Below are positions 48,809 to 58,292 of a stretch of DNA of 64,000 bases, piece after piece (within the stretch, counting starts at the first letter, position 1; each line of letters begins with the position of its first letter). Location of the stretch: NCBI GenBank assembly GCA_031409275.1, contig JANNXA010000024.1:46763-110762 (forward strand). Direction: 5' to 3'. This DNA is from Planctomycetota bacterium. GTDB lineage: Bacteria > Planctomycetota > B15-G4 > SIAN01. A program made the translations under genes and the position numbers. The notes beneath the pieces were generated by a model. That model worked only from the letters and a program-made list of their open reading frames with translations, was not told where the DNA came from and did not search any database.

Positions 48809-50824
48809 TCAGCGCGCGGCCGATTCGCGCCGCCGCGCGGGTCGAAGCGCCAGTGCCGCAAGCAGGCCGGCCAGCGTCACGACGCTCCAGTCCATCGCGC
48901 CGCCGCCCTTGCCGTTGTTGCCACCCGTCGACGGCGCCGTGGTCGGGAACGCCGGCTGCGCCTCATCGACGCGGTAGCTCTTCACCGGCTGCGCGGCGCG
49001 AACCTGCTGCGCCTGCTGTTCGTTCGCGACGCGATCGCGGTTGTTGCGCGCGATGCCGTGCCGCTCGAACGCGGCGTCCTCGGCGACGACCATCGAGGTC
49101 TCGTCGGTGACCAGCTGGCACAGCAGCCCGAGCTCACCGACGCGCTTCGCCGCCGCGGCGCCATCGACCGCACCGCGATCGCGCTGCAGCTCGACCTCCT
49201 CGATCTGGTTCATCGCCCACAGCCGTTCGAGTTCGGGGTGGTCACGATCGACGGCGGGCAGAAGCGCCTTCGTGGAGTAGCGCTGATCCTGGCCGGTGAG
49301 GTGCGCGTCGAGCGTCACCTCGACCTCGCCCGGCTGGTCGTAGCGTCCGAACATCACCAGCTGCTGGCCGTGGAACACCTTGCCCAGCAGTTCGCGCGAC
49401 GTGTCGTGGATCCCCTTGCCACGCACCGACAGCTTCGCCGCGTGCAGGCACTCGTGGGTCACCTTCGACTTCGCCAACTCGATCTGGCCCAGCAAGTCGT
49501 CGCTGTTCGAAACGCCGGCGTAGAAGCCGCCCGACGCATCGCAGATCGTGCGCATCAGCGGCCAGTTGCCGCTGTTGCCCAGCAGGAAGCCGAACAGCCG
49601 CAGGTCGTACTGCGCGAGCAGCTTGGCGAACTGCTCGGGGCGCACTTCGCCCTGGTTGGCCACGGCATCGGTCACCAGCACGACGCTGGTGGCGCGATCC
49701 GCGTCGAGATCGCGCAGGCCAAGCGCGATCCCTTCGTAGAGGTTCGTGCTGCCGCCGGAATGGAGCGCCTTCAACGTCGCAAGGGCCGATTCGACGTTCT
49801 GCTTCGTCGCCGATTGCCAGCCCGACGTGAGGTCCCGCGCCGAGTCGTTGAAGGTGGCGATGCGGAAGCGATCGTGGTCCCGCAGCTCGCCGAGCGCGCG
49901 CGAGACGCCGTCGACCAGCGCCGCCATCTTTTGCTCCATGCTGCCGGAGACATCGAGCACGAAGCTGTAGTCGGCGCCATGCAGCAGCGGTTGCAGATCG
50001 ATGCCGGGCGTGACGACGACCATGAAGGTGCCGGTCCCCTCCGCGTCCGCGCGGAACGGCACCACGTCGATCCGGCCGGGCAAGCCATCGACGAGGCGCC
50101 AGTAGAGGACGAGGTCCTTCGCCAGCTTGGTGCGACCGCCGTCGAGCCGCACGTCGTAGTCGCCGCCCGCGATCGGCGTGACCACGGCTTCCTTCTCGAA
50201 GCCGGGCAGCCGCACGCGCTCGATCGGCGCGGCCGAACGGACGAGTGCATGGAACGAGAACGACCGCTCGGCGACGACCTCACCCGACCAGAAGGAGCGT
50301 GCGGCATCGTCGGTGCCGCCGGCCTCGATCGGATAGAGGTAACGACCGACGCCGGTGTCGATCTCGAGCGGCTCGTAGTAGGCGAACTGGCACTTCGTCT
50401 CGGCATTGGCGGGCACGCGCGCGACGCGGAAGCGATAGGTGAAGAACGCGTTCTTCTCCGCGAGGCCGGCGTCGCGCCCCTGACTCTTCTCCTCCTCAAA
50501 GACCTGCTGAGCCTGCGCCTTGCCGACCACCTCGCCCTGCAGCACCGTCTCGCCGGCGAAGATCGTCATCTCGCCGAGCGCGCCATCGCGCGGCACCGGG
50601 AACTCGTACCACGCTTCGCAATCGGCGCTGTTCGGGTTGAACCAGGTCTGCGTCACTTCGGTGCGCGCGAAGCCATCCTGGATCACGACCTCGACGTGGT
50701 GGTCGCGCAGCTCGACGGTGCGATCGACCTTGCCGATCGGCTCGAGCCCGTCCGCCGCGAAGGCGGGTGAGTGATGCATGAAGGTCGCAAGGAACGCGAA
50801 GGAAGCGGCGAACAAGCTGCGCAT
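48809..50824 (-). CDS. VIT + vWA domain protein with GlyGly-CTERM tail
   Basis: Signal peptide; VIT (FARTEVTQTW..YEFPVP); MIDAS DVSGSM, GGSTN, VTD; tail KGGGAMDW-hydrophobic-RRR. Confidence 0.9.
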   Translation of the reverse strand: MRSLFAASFAFLATFMHHSPAFAADGLEPIGKVDRTVELRDHHVEVVIQDGFARTEVTQTWFNPNSADCEAWYEFPVPRDGALGEMTIFAGETVLQGEVVGKAQAQQVFEEEKSQGRDAGLAEKNAFFTYRFRVARVPANAETKCQFAYYEPLEIDTGVGRYLYPIEAGGTDDAARSFWSGEVVAERSFSFHALVRSAAPIERVRLPGFEKEAVVTPIAGGDYDVRLDGGRTKLAKDLVLYWRLVDGLPGRIDVVPFRADAEGTGTFMVVVTPGIDLQPLLHGADYSFVLDVSGSMEQKMAALVDGVSRALGELRDHDRFRIATFNDSARDLTSGWQSATKQNVESALATLKALHSGGSTNLYEGIALGLRDLDADRATSVVLVTDAVANQGEVRPEQFAKLLAQYDLRLFGFLLGNSGNWPLMRTICDASGGFYAGVSNSDDLLGQIELAKSKVTHECLHAAKLSVRGKGIHDTSRELLGKVFHGQQLVMFGRYDQPGEVEVTLDAHLTGQDQRYSTKALLPAVDRDHPELERLWAMNQIEEVELQRDRGAVDGAAAAKRVGELGLLCQLVTDETSMVVAEDAAFERHGIARNNRDRVANEQQAQQVRAAQPVKSYRVDEAQPAFPTTAPSTGGNNGKGGGAMDWSVVTLAGLLAALALRPARRRESAAR

Positions 50825-51004
50825 GGCACTTCTCCATCCGAGGGAATGGAGCAGCCAACTGCGCATCGCGTGCCGAAGCGCGCGCACGGGGGCGAGCGAC
50901 GGGAACGGCGCACCGTGCGAAGAGAGGTACGCGGTGCGGGGTGCCTCATCTAGCCGAAGCGTTCAGCCCTCTAGCATCGAGAACGATCAGGAAGCGAGGC
51001 GTCT

Positions 51005-51495
51005 TCATCGCGAATTCACCCGCCTCCGGATTGCTCGCCCATTCCGGACGGCCACCAGAAGCCAGCACGAGCCAGTCGGCGGGATCTCCCTCTTCGCTTC
51101 GGAGGCCGGCGTCGCCTCCCAGCGCACCTCGCCTCGCGCCATCCGCTCGGCCCAGCGCATCAGGTCACCCAGATGCGACAGCAGCTCCATCGGCGTCCTC
51201 GTGGTCGGTGCCGCGCGCACCGTCCCGAAGGGCGCCGGAAAGTCGCGCAACACCTTGCCCGCGCGATAGCAGCCCGTTGGAGAAGTCACCGCGAGTCCGG
51301 CGAGCGGATCTCGAGTCGGGACGAGGAGGAGGTTCGAAGCCAACTCCCCAGTGAGTTGTCGAGAGCCTCCGACGAAGTACCGGCTTGAAAGACGCCGCCG
51401 GGCGACACGGGGAGTTCTCCAACGGGCTGATAGGCGAGCGTCGCCAACGTGTGGCGCAACTGCAGTCGTGGGTCATGTGCCGTCATCGGGAACAT
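51005..51495 (-). pseudogene. DinB-like conserved hypothetical gene interrupted by MITE A
   Basis: Removing 51270-51429 and one TSD restores LRHTLATLAY-RAGKVLRDF...RTPMELLSHLGDLMRW in frame; the 3' part looks truncated. Confidence 0.75.
51270..51429. mobile_element. MITE family A copy 3 (160 bp)
   Basis: Perfect 15-bp TIR CAGCCCGTTGGAGAA; ATAG duplication (51266-51269, 51430-51433). Confidence 0.95.
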
Positions 51496-51539
51496 CGCCT
51501 CCATCACGCGGTCAAAGCGCGCCAGCACTCGCCGCATCA

Positions 51540-51857
51540 TCAACCGTCGGCGCGCAGCACCTCGACGATTGGCGAGCATGCCACGGCCAACGTCAGCGGC
51601 AGATCGCCGGGCTGCGGATCGTCGCGGTAGCGCAGCGCCGCCGCCAACAGTCCGTCAGCGCCGGCTTCGAACTCGGCCAGCTCCTCGGCGGGGAGAATGA
51701 CCTCTGCGCTGCCCGACGCGCCGACCACGCCGGCGAAGTCGGCTCGCTGCAGCGAGGCGAGGGGATGTTGGCGCAGGACGAGGAGGGGAATCGCGGCTCC
51801 GACGAGGCGGGTCTGCTGACCCGCTGAGGAAGGAACGCGGTTTTCCGACGATGTCAT
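51540..51857 (-). CDS. Hypothetical protein
   Basis: 105-aa ORF with plausible composition; no recognised motif. Confidence 0.35.
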   Translation of the reverse strand: MTSSENRVPSSAGQQTRLVGAAIPLLVLRQHPLASLQRADFAGVVGASGSAEVILPAEELAEFEAGADGLLAAALRYRDDPQPGDLPLTLAVACSPIVEVLRADG

Positions 51858-52011
51858 GCGTCGACCGACCGAGCCGCAGCAGGGACTCGTGAATGAGGCG
51901 GGCTAGTGTCGTGATCCGATCGGCGCCGATCGCGGGCGCGAACGTCGACCCGATCAGCCCCAGCAGCGCGCGGCGGCCCCAGATCGTGCGGCGGGGATCA
52001 GCGCGCGCGGT

Positions 52012-53682
52012 TCAGCGGCCTCGACCCGCATCGCTGACCACGCGCTCGACCAGCGTCGCGACGAGTTGCCCGAGCGGGCCGGCCAGCACGGCGTCGCGCG
52101 GATCGTCGAGCGAGCCATCGACCGCGGCGAAATCGACGAGCTGGCGAGCGGGCAGCTCGGTCGGCGCTTCGAAGGTGTCGCGCGTCGCGCGTTCGACGGC
52201 GAGATCGGCGTCAGAGGCCTGGCCCGGCTCGCCCACCCGAAGAAGGAGTCGCCGCTCGATCGTCGCGTCGTCGACACGACAGTGCACCACGACGAACGGC
52301 ACGCCGAGTCGCTCCGCCGCCGCCGCCGCCGCCGCCCGGCGCGCCGCCGTGCTGTAGGTCGCGTCGAGCACGACCGGTCGACCGGCCGCCAACAGAGCCT
52401 GCGCCCGCTCGAGCAACACGTCGTAGATCCGCTGGATCGCTGCGGGCTCGTAGAGCTCGGCGCGCCGCTGCGGTGGCGACGGTTGATCGACGGGCAACCC
52501 CGCGAGTTCCTTGCGCACGACGTCGGCCGCCACGACGGTCGCGCCGAGCCGCGGCGCCAGCGCACGCGCCAGCCGGCTCTTGCCGGAACCGGGTCGTCCG
52601 CACATCACGATCAGAGGAACGGTCCAGCCGTACGTCGCCGCGAGGGCGAACGCTGCGCGCGACTCGTTCGCGGCGGCGAGCTGAGCGGCGCCACTCGTCT
52701 GCGCCGCACGCAACGCGGCGACGTTGCCTCGAATCGTGGCACGCTGCGCTTCGTAGTACGGCAGCAGGCGAGCGAGCTCGCCGTCGCCCGATGCGGCCAC
52801 GTAGGCCGCGGCGAGCGTCGCCGCTCCCTCGAACGCGCCGCGGCGACGCAGGTCCATCAGCAGGAAGGCAAGGTCGTTCGCGACGTCGCCGAGACGGAAC
52901 TCCGGGTTGAACTCGATGGCGTCGAACGGGATCGGATCGCCGTCGACCACACAGAGGTTGGCGCAATGCAGGTCACCGTGGCCGTCGACGATGGCGCCGG
53001 TGGCGAGGCGTCGCTCGAACCAGTCGGAATGGTCGCGCAGGAACGTCGAACTGGCGCGAGCCAGCTCCGCCGCGATTGCCGGCGACAGCACGCTCGGCGT
53101 GATCTCCTGCCGATCGAGCGCATCGGCGGCCGCATCGGCCTCGGCCAGGACGCTCTTGTGGCGCCGCTTCAGGTCCGACGGCGCTCCACCGCTGGCACGA
53201 GCGCGCGCCCCATCGACGCGCACCGCGCGATGGAACGTCACCAGCTTCTGCGCCAGCGTCTCGGCCAGCGTGCGATGAAACTCGCCGCGCGCCACGACCG
53301 CGTCCAGCATCCCTTCGGCCGGCAGGCGCGCCATCACCACGCACCAGTCGACGATCGGCGCGTCGCGCTCCGGCGGCCCGGGCCACGGCGAAGCCTCGAC
53401 GCACGCGGTCGCGCGCGGCGCCGCCAGCTCTGCGCCCAGCGGATCGAGCGGGCCGAGCGCGAGCCGTCCGTCACGGCCTCGATGCAGCGGCGCGACGCCG
53501 AGATAGATCGACGGCGCGAGGCGACGATTGACGCGCACTTCCTCGCGACAGAACTTCGCGCGCAGCGCCAGGGTCGAGAAGTCGAGGAAATCGAAGCGCA
53601 CCGCCTTCTTGCGCTTCCACGCGAACTCCCCGTCCACGACGACGTCGGAGATGTGCGTCTCGAAGTGTTGCACGGTGGCCAT
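52012..53682 (-). CDS. APH-like kinase / AAA_33 P-loop kinase fusion
   Basis: ETHIS, FLDFSTL, HGDLH, FDAIEFN, GRPGSGKS, LDATY, SDAD. Confidence 0.9.
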   Translation of the reverse strand: MATVQHFETHISDVVVDGEFAWKRKKAVRFDFLDFSTLALRAKFCREEVRVNRRLAPSIYLGVAPLHRGRDGRLALGPLDPLGAELAAPRATACVEASPWPGPPERDAPIVDWCVVMARLPAEGMLDAVVARGEFHRTLAETLAQKLVTFHRAVRVDGARARASGGAPSDLKRRHKSVLAEADAAADALDRQEITPSVLSPAIAAELARASSTFLRDHSDWFERRLATGAIVDGHGDLHCANLCVVDGDPIPFDAIEFNPEFRLGDVANDLAFLLMDLRRRGAFEGAATLAAAYVAASGDGELARLLPYYEAQRATIRGNVAALRAAQTSGAAQLAAANESRAAFALAATYGWTVPLIVMCGRPGSGKSRLARALAPRLGATVVAADVVRKELAGLPVDQPSPPQRRAELYEPAAIQRIYDVLLERAQALLAAGRPVVLDATYSTAARRAAAAAAAERLGVPFVVVHCRVDDATIERRLLLRVGEPGQASDADLAVERATRDTFEAPTELPARQLVDFAAVDGSLDDPRDAVLAGPLGQLVATLVERVVSDAGRGR

Positions 53683-53708
53683 CGTTTCGTCGCGTCCGCG
53701 CGGCGCTC

Positions 53709-54230
53709 TCACCAGCCCTTGTTCTTGCGCAACGTCGTGACATGCGCCACGTGGTGATGGCCGTGCCACGCGTAGGTGGCGACCAGGTCATCGAGCGTGA
53801 GCTTGCCCTTCTCGCTGTGGAGGCAGGTGCGCGCGAAGGCGGCTGCCGGCGCCGCGTTCAACGCCGCGACGAGGCGCAGGTGGAGCGGTTCGAGCAGCAC
53901 CAGGCTCGGCTCGATCGGCAGCTTCACATCGGCCAGCTTCGCCCATGCATTCTCGTCGTAGCCCTTCACCGGCGGGTTCTCTTCGGTCAGCGTGAGCTTG
54001 CAGCGGACGTAGGCGTTGACGTGGCTGTCGGCGACGTGGTGGACGACCTGCCGCACGGTCCAGCCGCCTTCGCGATAGGGCGTGTCGAGCTGCACCGCGG
54101 AGAGTCCGCGCACCGCCGCGCGCATGGCGCCTGGCACGGCCGCGATCCGGTCGATCAACCGCTTCCGCTCCTCCGCCGGGAGCGGCCCCTTCAGCTCGAG
54201 CTTGCCGATCGGATAGCGCAGGTCGATCAC
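53709..54230 (-). CDS. yfiT: YfiT/BstA DinB-family thiol S-transferase
   Basis: DLRYPIG, TPYREGGWTVRQVVHHVADSH, YAWHGHHHVAH; RBS AAGGAG. Confidence 0.9.
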   Translation of the reverse strand: MIDLRYPIGKLELKGPLPAEERKRLIDRIAAVPGAMRAAVRGLSAVQLDTPYREGGWTVRQVVHHVADSHVNAYVRCKLTLTEENPPVKGYDENAWAKLADVKLPIEPSLVLLEPLHLRLVAALNAAPAAAFARTCLHSEKGKLTLDDLVATYAWHGHHHVAHVTTLRKNKGW

Positions 54231-54246
54231 GAGCAACTCCTTCGTT

Positions 54247-55533
54247 TCACGGCAGGAAGAACGCTTCGCGCCATGGCGGGCGCGCCGGCGCGCGCTGCTT
54301 CGCCAGCAGGCGCTCGCACACGCTACGCACCGCGCGCCACGCGGCGCCATCGGGCGCGGTCGTCTGGACGCTCGCCGCCAGCGTCGTGACGGCCGCGCGC
54401 TCGGTAGGCGTGAGCGCCTCGGGCGTCGTGGTGCCGAGGAGCTGCCACAGCAGGAAGAGCTCCTCGGCCGCCGGCTCCGTCGCCGCAGCGAGGCGCTTTG
54501 CCAGCGACGCGTGGTCGAGCGCAGCGGCGTCGGTGAAGCGGAAGTCGATCCGCTCGGCAGCAGGGCGCCGCGGCGAACTCGAGAAACTCGGCGAACTCGG
54601 CAAAGAGCTCGAAGGTGCTCCCCTCTCGAAGAGATCGCCGACGCCTTGCAGCCGCCGCGCCGCGCTCTCCACTTGCGCGGTGAAGACCGGCGCCGGGTCG
54701 GTGGTGAAGCACTTCAACGTCAACCAGACCAGCTCCGCGATCGTCGGGTCCTCGACGACCGCCCTCACGTTCGAGAGCGGCTGGCGCTGCAACGCGTCCC
54801 ACCACAAGACGACGTACCAGCGCTGCTTCTGCGAATAGCTCGCCTCGTGGTCGCGCCAGCGAGAGAGGAGCTGCGCGTCGGCTCCGCCCGCGCGCGGCGG
54901 CTCCACGAACAGCGGCGAGTCGCCAGCGAGGTAGTGGCGCACCAGCTCGCTGCAGAGCGCGAAGGAGTCGAGCGGCGGCAGCCCCTTCACGCGGCGACGC
55001 GCCCGCTCCCAACCCTGCGCGTCGAGGTCGACCGCAAGGCCGTGGTGCGCCGACTTCGCCAGCACGTGGTAGTCGAGCAGCAGCACAGCGAACGCCTCGC
55101 TGACCAGGTGCTGCTCGACGAAGAAATCACGCTCGCACCAGCGCGCCGCGCCGAAGGTGAGCGTGGCGACGTCGTACCAGATCACGTGCGCCAGGTCGTG
55201 CAGCAACCACAACTCGTCGACGGTGAGGTCGTCGAACTCGACCCCTCCCGCGGCCACCGCTTCGCGACGCGGAAAGTGCGCGGGCTCGCCAGCGAAACGG
55301 CGCACGACGCGGCGCTGCGGCGCGAAGCCGCGCAGATCGGGCAAGCCAAGCGCACCCCACCCGTGATGGCGCGGAACGACCTCGAAGCGCACGCCGGTCG
55401 CCTCGGCATAGCGAAGCCACCGCGTCAGCGTCGACGCCTGCGCCTGCTGTTCGCCCGCTCCCGCCACCCTTCGTCCTCGCGTCGCTCGCCGCGTCTCGCC
55501 ACTGCTTGCTCTTGTTGCGCGAGCGTAGCGCAC
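54247..55533 (-). CDS. Hypothetical protein with HDxxH...E motif
   Basis: Fills the gap in a co-oriented run; LLHDLAHVIW and SEAFAV; start uncertain. Confidence 0.55.
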   Translation of the reverse strand: MRYARATRASSGETRRATRGRRVAGAGEQQAQASTLTRWLRYAEATGVRFEVVPRHHGWGALGLPDLRGFAPQRRVVRRFAGEPAHFPRREAVAAGGVEFDDLTVDELWLLHDLAHVIWYDVATLTFGAARWCERDFFVEQHLVSEAFAVLLLDYHVLAKSAHHGLAVDLDAQGWERARRRVKGLPPLDSFALCSELVRHYLAGDSPLFVEPPRAGGADAQLLSRWRDHEASYSQKQRWYVVLWWDALQRQPLSNVRAVVEDPTIAELVWLTLKCFTTDPAPVFTAQVESAARRLQGVGDLFERGAPSSSLPSSPSFSSSPRRPAAERIDFRFTDAAALDHASLAKRLAAATEPAAEELFLLWQLLGTTTPEALTPTERAAVTTLAASVQTTAPDGAAWRAVRSVCERLLAKQRAPARPPWREAFFLP

Positions 55534-55555
55534 GCTCCACGACCGTTCGCCGCCG

Positions 55556-56506
55556 TCAGCGTTTGACCCACGCCAACGCCACCGTCGCCAGCACGATCCA
55601 CAGCGCGACGCCGAGGCCGAGGTGGCGCGGCCGCATCGTGCGCAGCGTGGCGCGATCGATCGAGAGCCCGACGGCGAAGAGCGCCAGCACCAGCCCGCGC
55701 CGGCCGCCCTCGGCGGCGAGGCGACCGAGCGGCGCCAACGACGGCCACAGCGCCACCAGCGCCGCCGCCGCCACGAAGGCGACCACGAAGAGCGGCGGCC
55801 GCAGCCAGACGCGCCGCGGCGCCGTGGTCGACGCGGCCAACGCGGGCTGACCGAAGGCGAGCGCCAGGCAGACCGGCACGATCCAGAGCGAGCGGCCAAG
55901 CTTCATCGCGGTGGCCAGTTCGAGCGCCTCTCTGCCGCGCGACGGCGCGGCGCCCACCACGGAACTGGTGTCGTGGATCGCCAGCGCGCACCACTCGCCA
56001 AACTGCGCCGGCGACAGGCCGAGTCGATCCCCGAGCCACGGGAAGAGCAGGAGCGCGACGGCGTTCAGCAGGAAGACGACACCGACGGCGAGCCCCACCG
56101 CGGCCGGCTTGGCGCGCAGCACCGGCGCCGCGGCGGCGATCGCGCTGCCACCGCAGATCGCGGTGCCCACCGTGATCAACCACGCCGAATCGCGCTCGAT
56201 CTTGAACCACCGCGAGAGCCATGCGCCCGCCAGCAGCGCCACTCCCAGCGTCAGCGCAGCACCGCTGATGCCGGCGCTTCCGGCGCGCACCACCAGCGTC
56301 AGGTCGAGGCCGGCACCGAGCGCCACCACCGAGCCCTTCAGCAGCCACTGCCCCGCGGCATGGCTCGAGCGCGGGGCGGCACCCAGCGCGGCGAGCGCGA
56401 CGCCCGCGAGCAGCGCGGCGAAACCGGGCACGCGCCACGCCACGCAGGCGACCGCGATCAGGACCACGACCGCACTCTTCCAGGCGCGACTCATGGTCAG
56501 GAGCAT
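55556..56506 (-). CDS. YeiH / putative sulfate exporter family transporter
   Basis: GTAICGGSAIAA, AIHDTSSVVGA, KLGRSLWI; multiple TM helices. Confidence 0.92.
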   Translation of the reverse strand: MLLTMSRAWKSAVVVLIAVACVAWRVPGFAALLAGVALAALGAAPRSSHAAGQWLLKGSVVALGAGLDLTLVVRAGSAGISGAALTLGVALLAGAWLSRWFKIERDSAWLITVGTAICGGSAIAAAAPVLRAKPAAVGLAVGVVFLLNAVALLLFPWLGDRLGLSPAQFGEWCALAIHDTSSVVGAAPSRGREALELATAMKLGRSLWIVPVCLALAFGQPALAASTTAPRRVWLRPPLFVVAFVAAAALVALWPSLAPLGRLAAEGGRRGLVLALFAVGLSIDRATLRTMRPRHLGLGVALWIVLATVALAWVKR

Positions 56507-56548
56507 CGTGCCGAACCATCCATCCGGAAAGCCGTATCCTCCGATCTC

Positions 56549-56567
56549 CCATCAGCTTCACGGATGG
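56549..56567. promoter_or_regulatory. Putative LysR binding site
   Basis: CCATC-N9-GATGG dyad (T-N11-A) in the 87-bp gap between divergent yeiH-like and LysR genes. Confidence 0.55.
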
Positions 56568-56593
56568 AGCTTCCGCCGCGAGGGTCGCCTGCC

Positions 56594-57493
56594 ATGCGCC
56601 AGCCGCTCGATGCCGATCTGCTCGCCACCTTCCTCTCCGTCGTCGAGCACGGCCGCATCTCCGCAGCGGCGCGCGCGATCCATCTCTCGCAGCCCGCCGT
56701 CACCGCCCGCATCCGCCGCCTCGAACACTCGGTGGGTGCGCCGCTGCTGGTCCGCTCGGTCCGCGGCGTCGAGCCGACCGCAGCCGGCCAGCGCCTGGCC
56801 GCGCGCGCGCGCGAAGTGCAGCGACTGCTCGAAGCGGCGCTCGACGACTTCGGCGACGAAGAGCACGCGCTCGGAGCGTTGTCGCTGGCGGTCAGCACCA
56901 CCATCGCCGCCCATGTGCTGCCGAGCGTCCTGGCCCGTTTCCGCGCGCGTCACGCCGACGTCCCCGTGACGCTGGAGGTCGCCAACACCGAGGAGGTGGT
57001 CGAAGCCGTGCGCGCCGGCCGCCAGCCGCTCGGCCTGGTCGAAGGGACGGCGCGCGCCGCCGGCGTGCGGCTCGAGAAGTGGCTCGACGACGAGCTGGTG
57101 CCAGTGATGGCCGCCGACGCGCCGTTCCTAGTGCGCCGCGATGCCGATCTGCTGGCGACCCCGATCCTGTGGCGAGAGCCGGGCTCGGGGACGCGCGCCG
57201 TCATCGCCGCCGCGCTGCGCAAGGCGGGCGTTCGGCAGCGGCCGGCGCCGCTCGATCCGGTGCTTGGCACCAGCAGCGCCATCGCCAGTGCCGCCGCCGC
57301 AGGGCTCGGCGTCGCGTTCCTTTCGCGGTGGGCGCTGACGCCCTACCTCGTCACCGGCCGGCTGCGCACCATTCCCGGTCTCTCGTTCACGATCCGCCGC
57401 ACGTTCCAGTGGGCGCTCCCGGCAGGAGCGCTGACCGGCAGCGCTGCGCGCTTCCACCAGCTCGCCACGCAACACCCGCCGGTCCCGACCTGA
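56594..57493 (+). CDS. LysR family regulator (YeiE/CysL-like)
   Basis: HTH ISAAARAIHLSQPAVT; STTIA, NTEEV, GLVEG, REPGSGTR. Confidence 0.93.
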   Translation: MRQPLDADLLATFLSVVEHGRISAAARAIHLSQPAVTARIRRLEHSVGAPLLVRSVRGVEPTAAGQRLAARAREVQRLLEAALDDFGDEEHALGALSLAVSTTIAAHVLPSVLARFRARHADVPVTLEVANTEEVVEAVRAGRQPLGLVEGTARAAGVRLEKWLDDELVPVMAADAPFLVRRDADLLATPILWREPGSGTRAVIAAALRKAGVRQRPAPLDPVLGTSSAIASAAAAGLGVAFLSRWALTPYLVTGRLRTIPGLSFTIRRTFQWALPAGALTGSAARFHQLATQHPPVPT

Positions 57494-57538
57494 GCCGCGC
57501 AGCGCCGCGTTGCAGCGAGAAGCGCCGCGACTCGCGCG

Positions 57539-58291
57539 TCATTTCCGGCCGGTCTTCGTGCAGCCGACCATCACTTGCCCGCTTCCCAGCAACGCGCTGT
57601 CGCCGTTGGTGGCATCGAGCAGCTGCCGCTCGCGGCGCCGCTTGCCGCCGAGCCAGGTGAAGCCGCGGATCAGCAGGAGCCACGGCGCGAAGCAGAGGCG
57701 CTGATGCCAGGCGTAGAGACGCTTGTGACGCAGCACGAAGTGCTCGCAGCCTTCCCAGAAGAGGACCGTCTTCAGGATCGGGAACGGGATGGCGTTGATG
57801 TGGGGCGCGTAGCCGCGCAGGTAGAAGGCGCGATCCTCGCGGCTGTCGATCTTCAAGCGCTGGAAGTTGCCGGTCAGCAGGTAGCGCAGGCGGTACTTCA
57901 GGTTCCAGTAGTTGGGGATCGTGAGGTAGAGGTGGCCGCCCTTCTTCAGGACGCGGACCAGGTCGCGCAGCACCAGGAACGGCGCGCGCAGGTGTTCGAG
58001 CACATCGGTCGAGACCACCACGTCGAACTCGGCGTCCGCGAATGGCAGGCGCGGGTCGTCGAGGTGGTGGACGACGGCGCAGATGCGCGCGTCGGCCGGC
58101 CGCGCTTCGAGATCGAGCACGGTCACCTTGGCGCCCGCCTCCGCGAGCTGCGCCGAGAGCCAGCCGGTCCCGGCGCCGACGTCGAGCACGCTCTTGCCGC
58201 GCAGATCGCCGAGCGCGCCGATCTCCTTCAGCACGACCTGCTGGATCGAGCCTTCCGGCTTGAGCGCGACGCGGTTCTGCGTGCCGTCCAC
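57539..58291 (-). CDS. Class I SAM-dependent methyltransferase
   Basis: VLDVGAGTG, LPFADAEFDVV, VLEHL, RVLKKGG, TIPN. Confidence 0.88.
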   Translation of the reverse strand: MDGTQNRVALKPEGSIQQVVLKEIGALGDLRGKSVLDVGAGTGWLSAQLAEAGAKVTVLDLEARPADARICAVVHHLDDPRLPFADAEFDVVVSTDVLEHLRAPFLVLRDLVRVLKKGGHLYLTIPNYWNLKYRLRYLLTGNFQRLKIDSREDRAFYLRGYAPHINAIPFPILKTVLFWEGCEHFVLRHKRLYAWHQRLCFAPWLLLIRGFTWLGGKRRRERQLLDATNGDSALLGSGQVMVGCTKTGRK

Positions 58292-58292
58292 T

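Noticed and set aside
50945..51100. Possible IS remnant truncating the DinB-like gene (two CTAG sites, TCCGGA dyad)
   Set aside because: No TIR pair, target duplication or transposase similarity that I can support.
52012..53682. APH-like kinase as a second aminoglycoside resistance gene
   Set aside because: It belongs to the widespread kinase/AAA_33 fusion family, which has no established resistance role.
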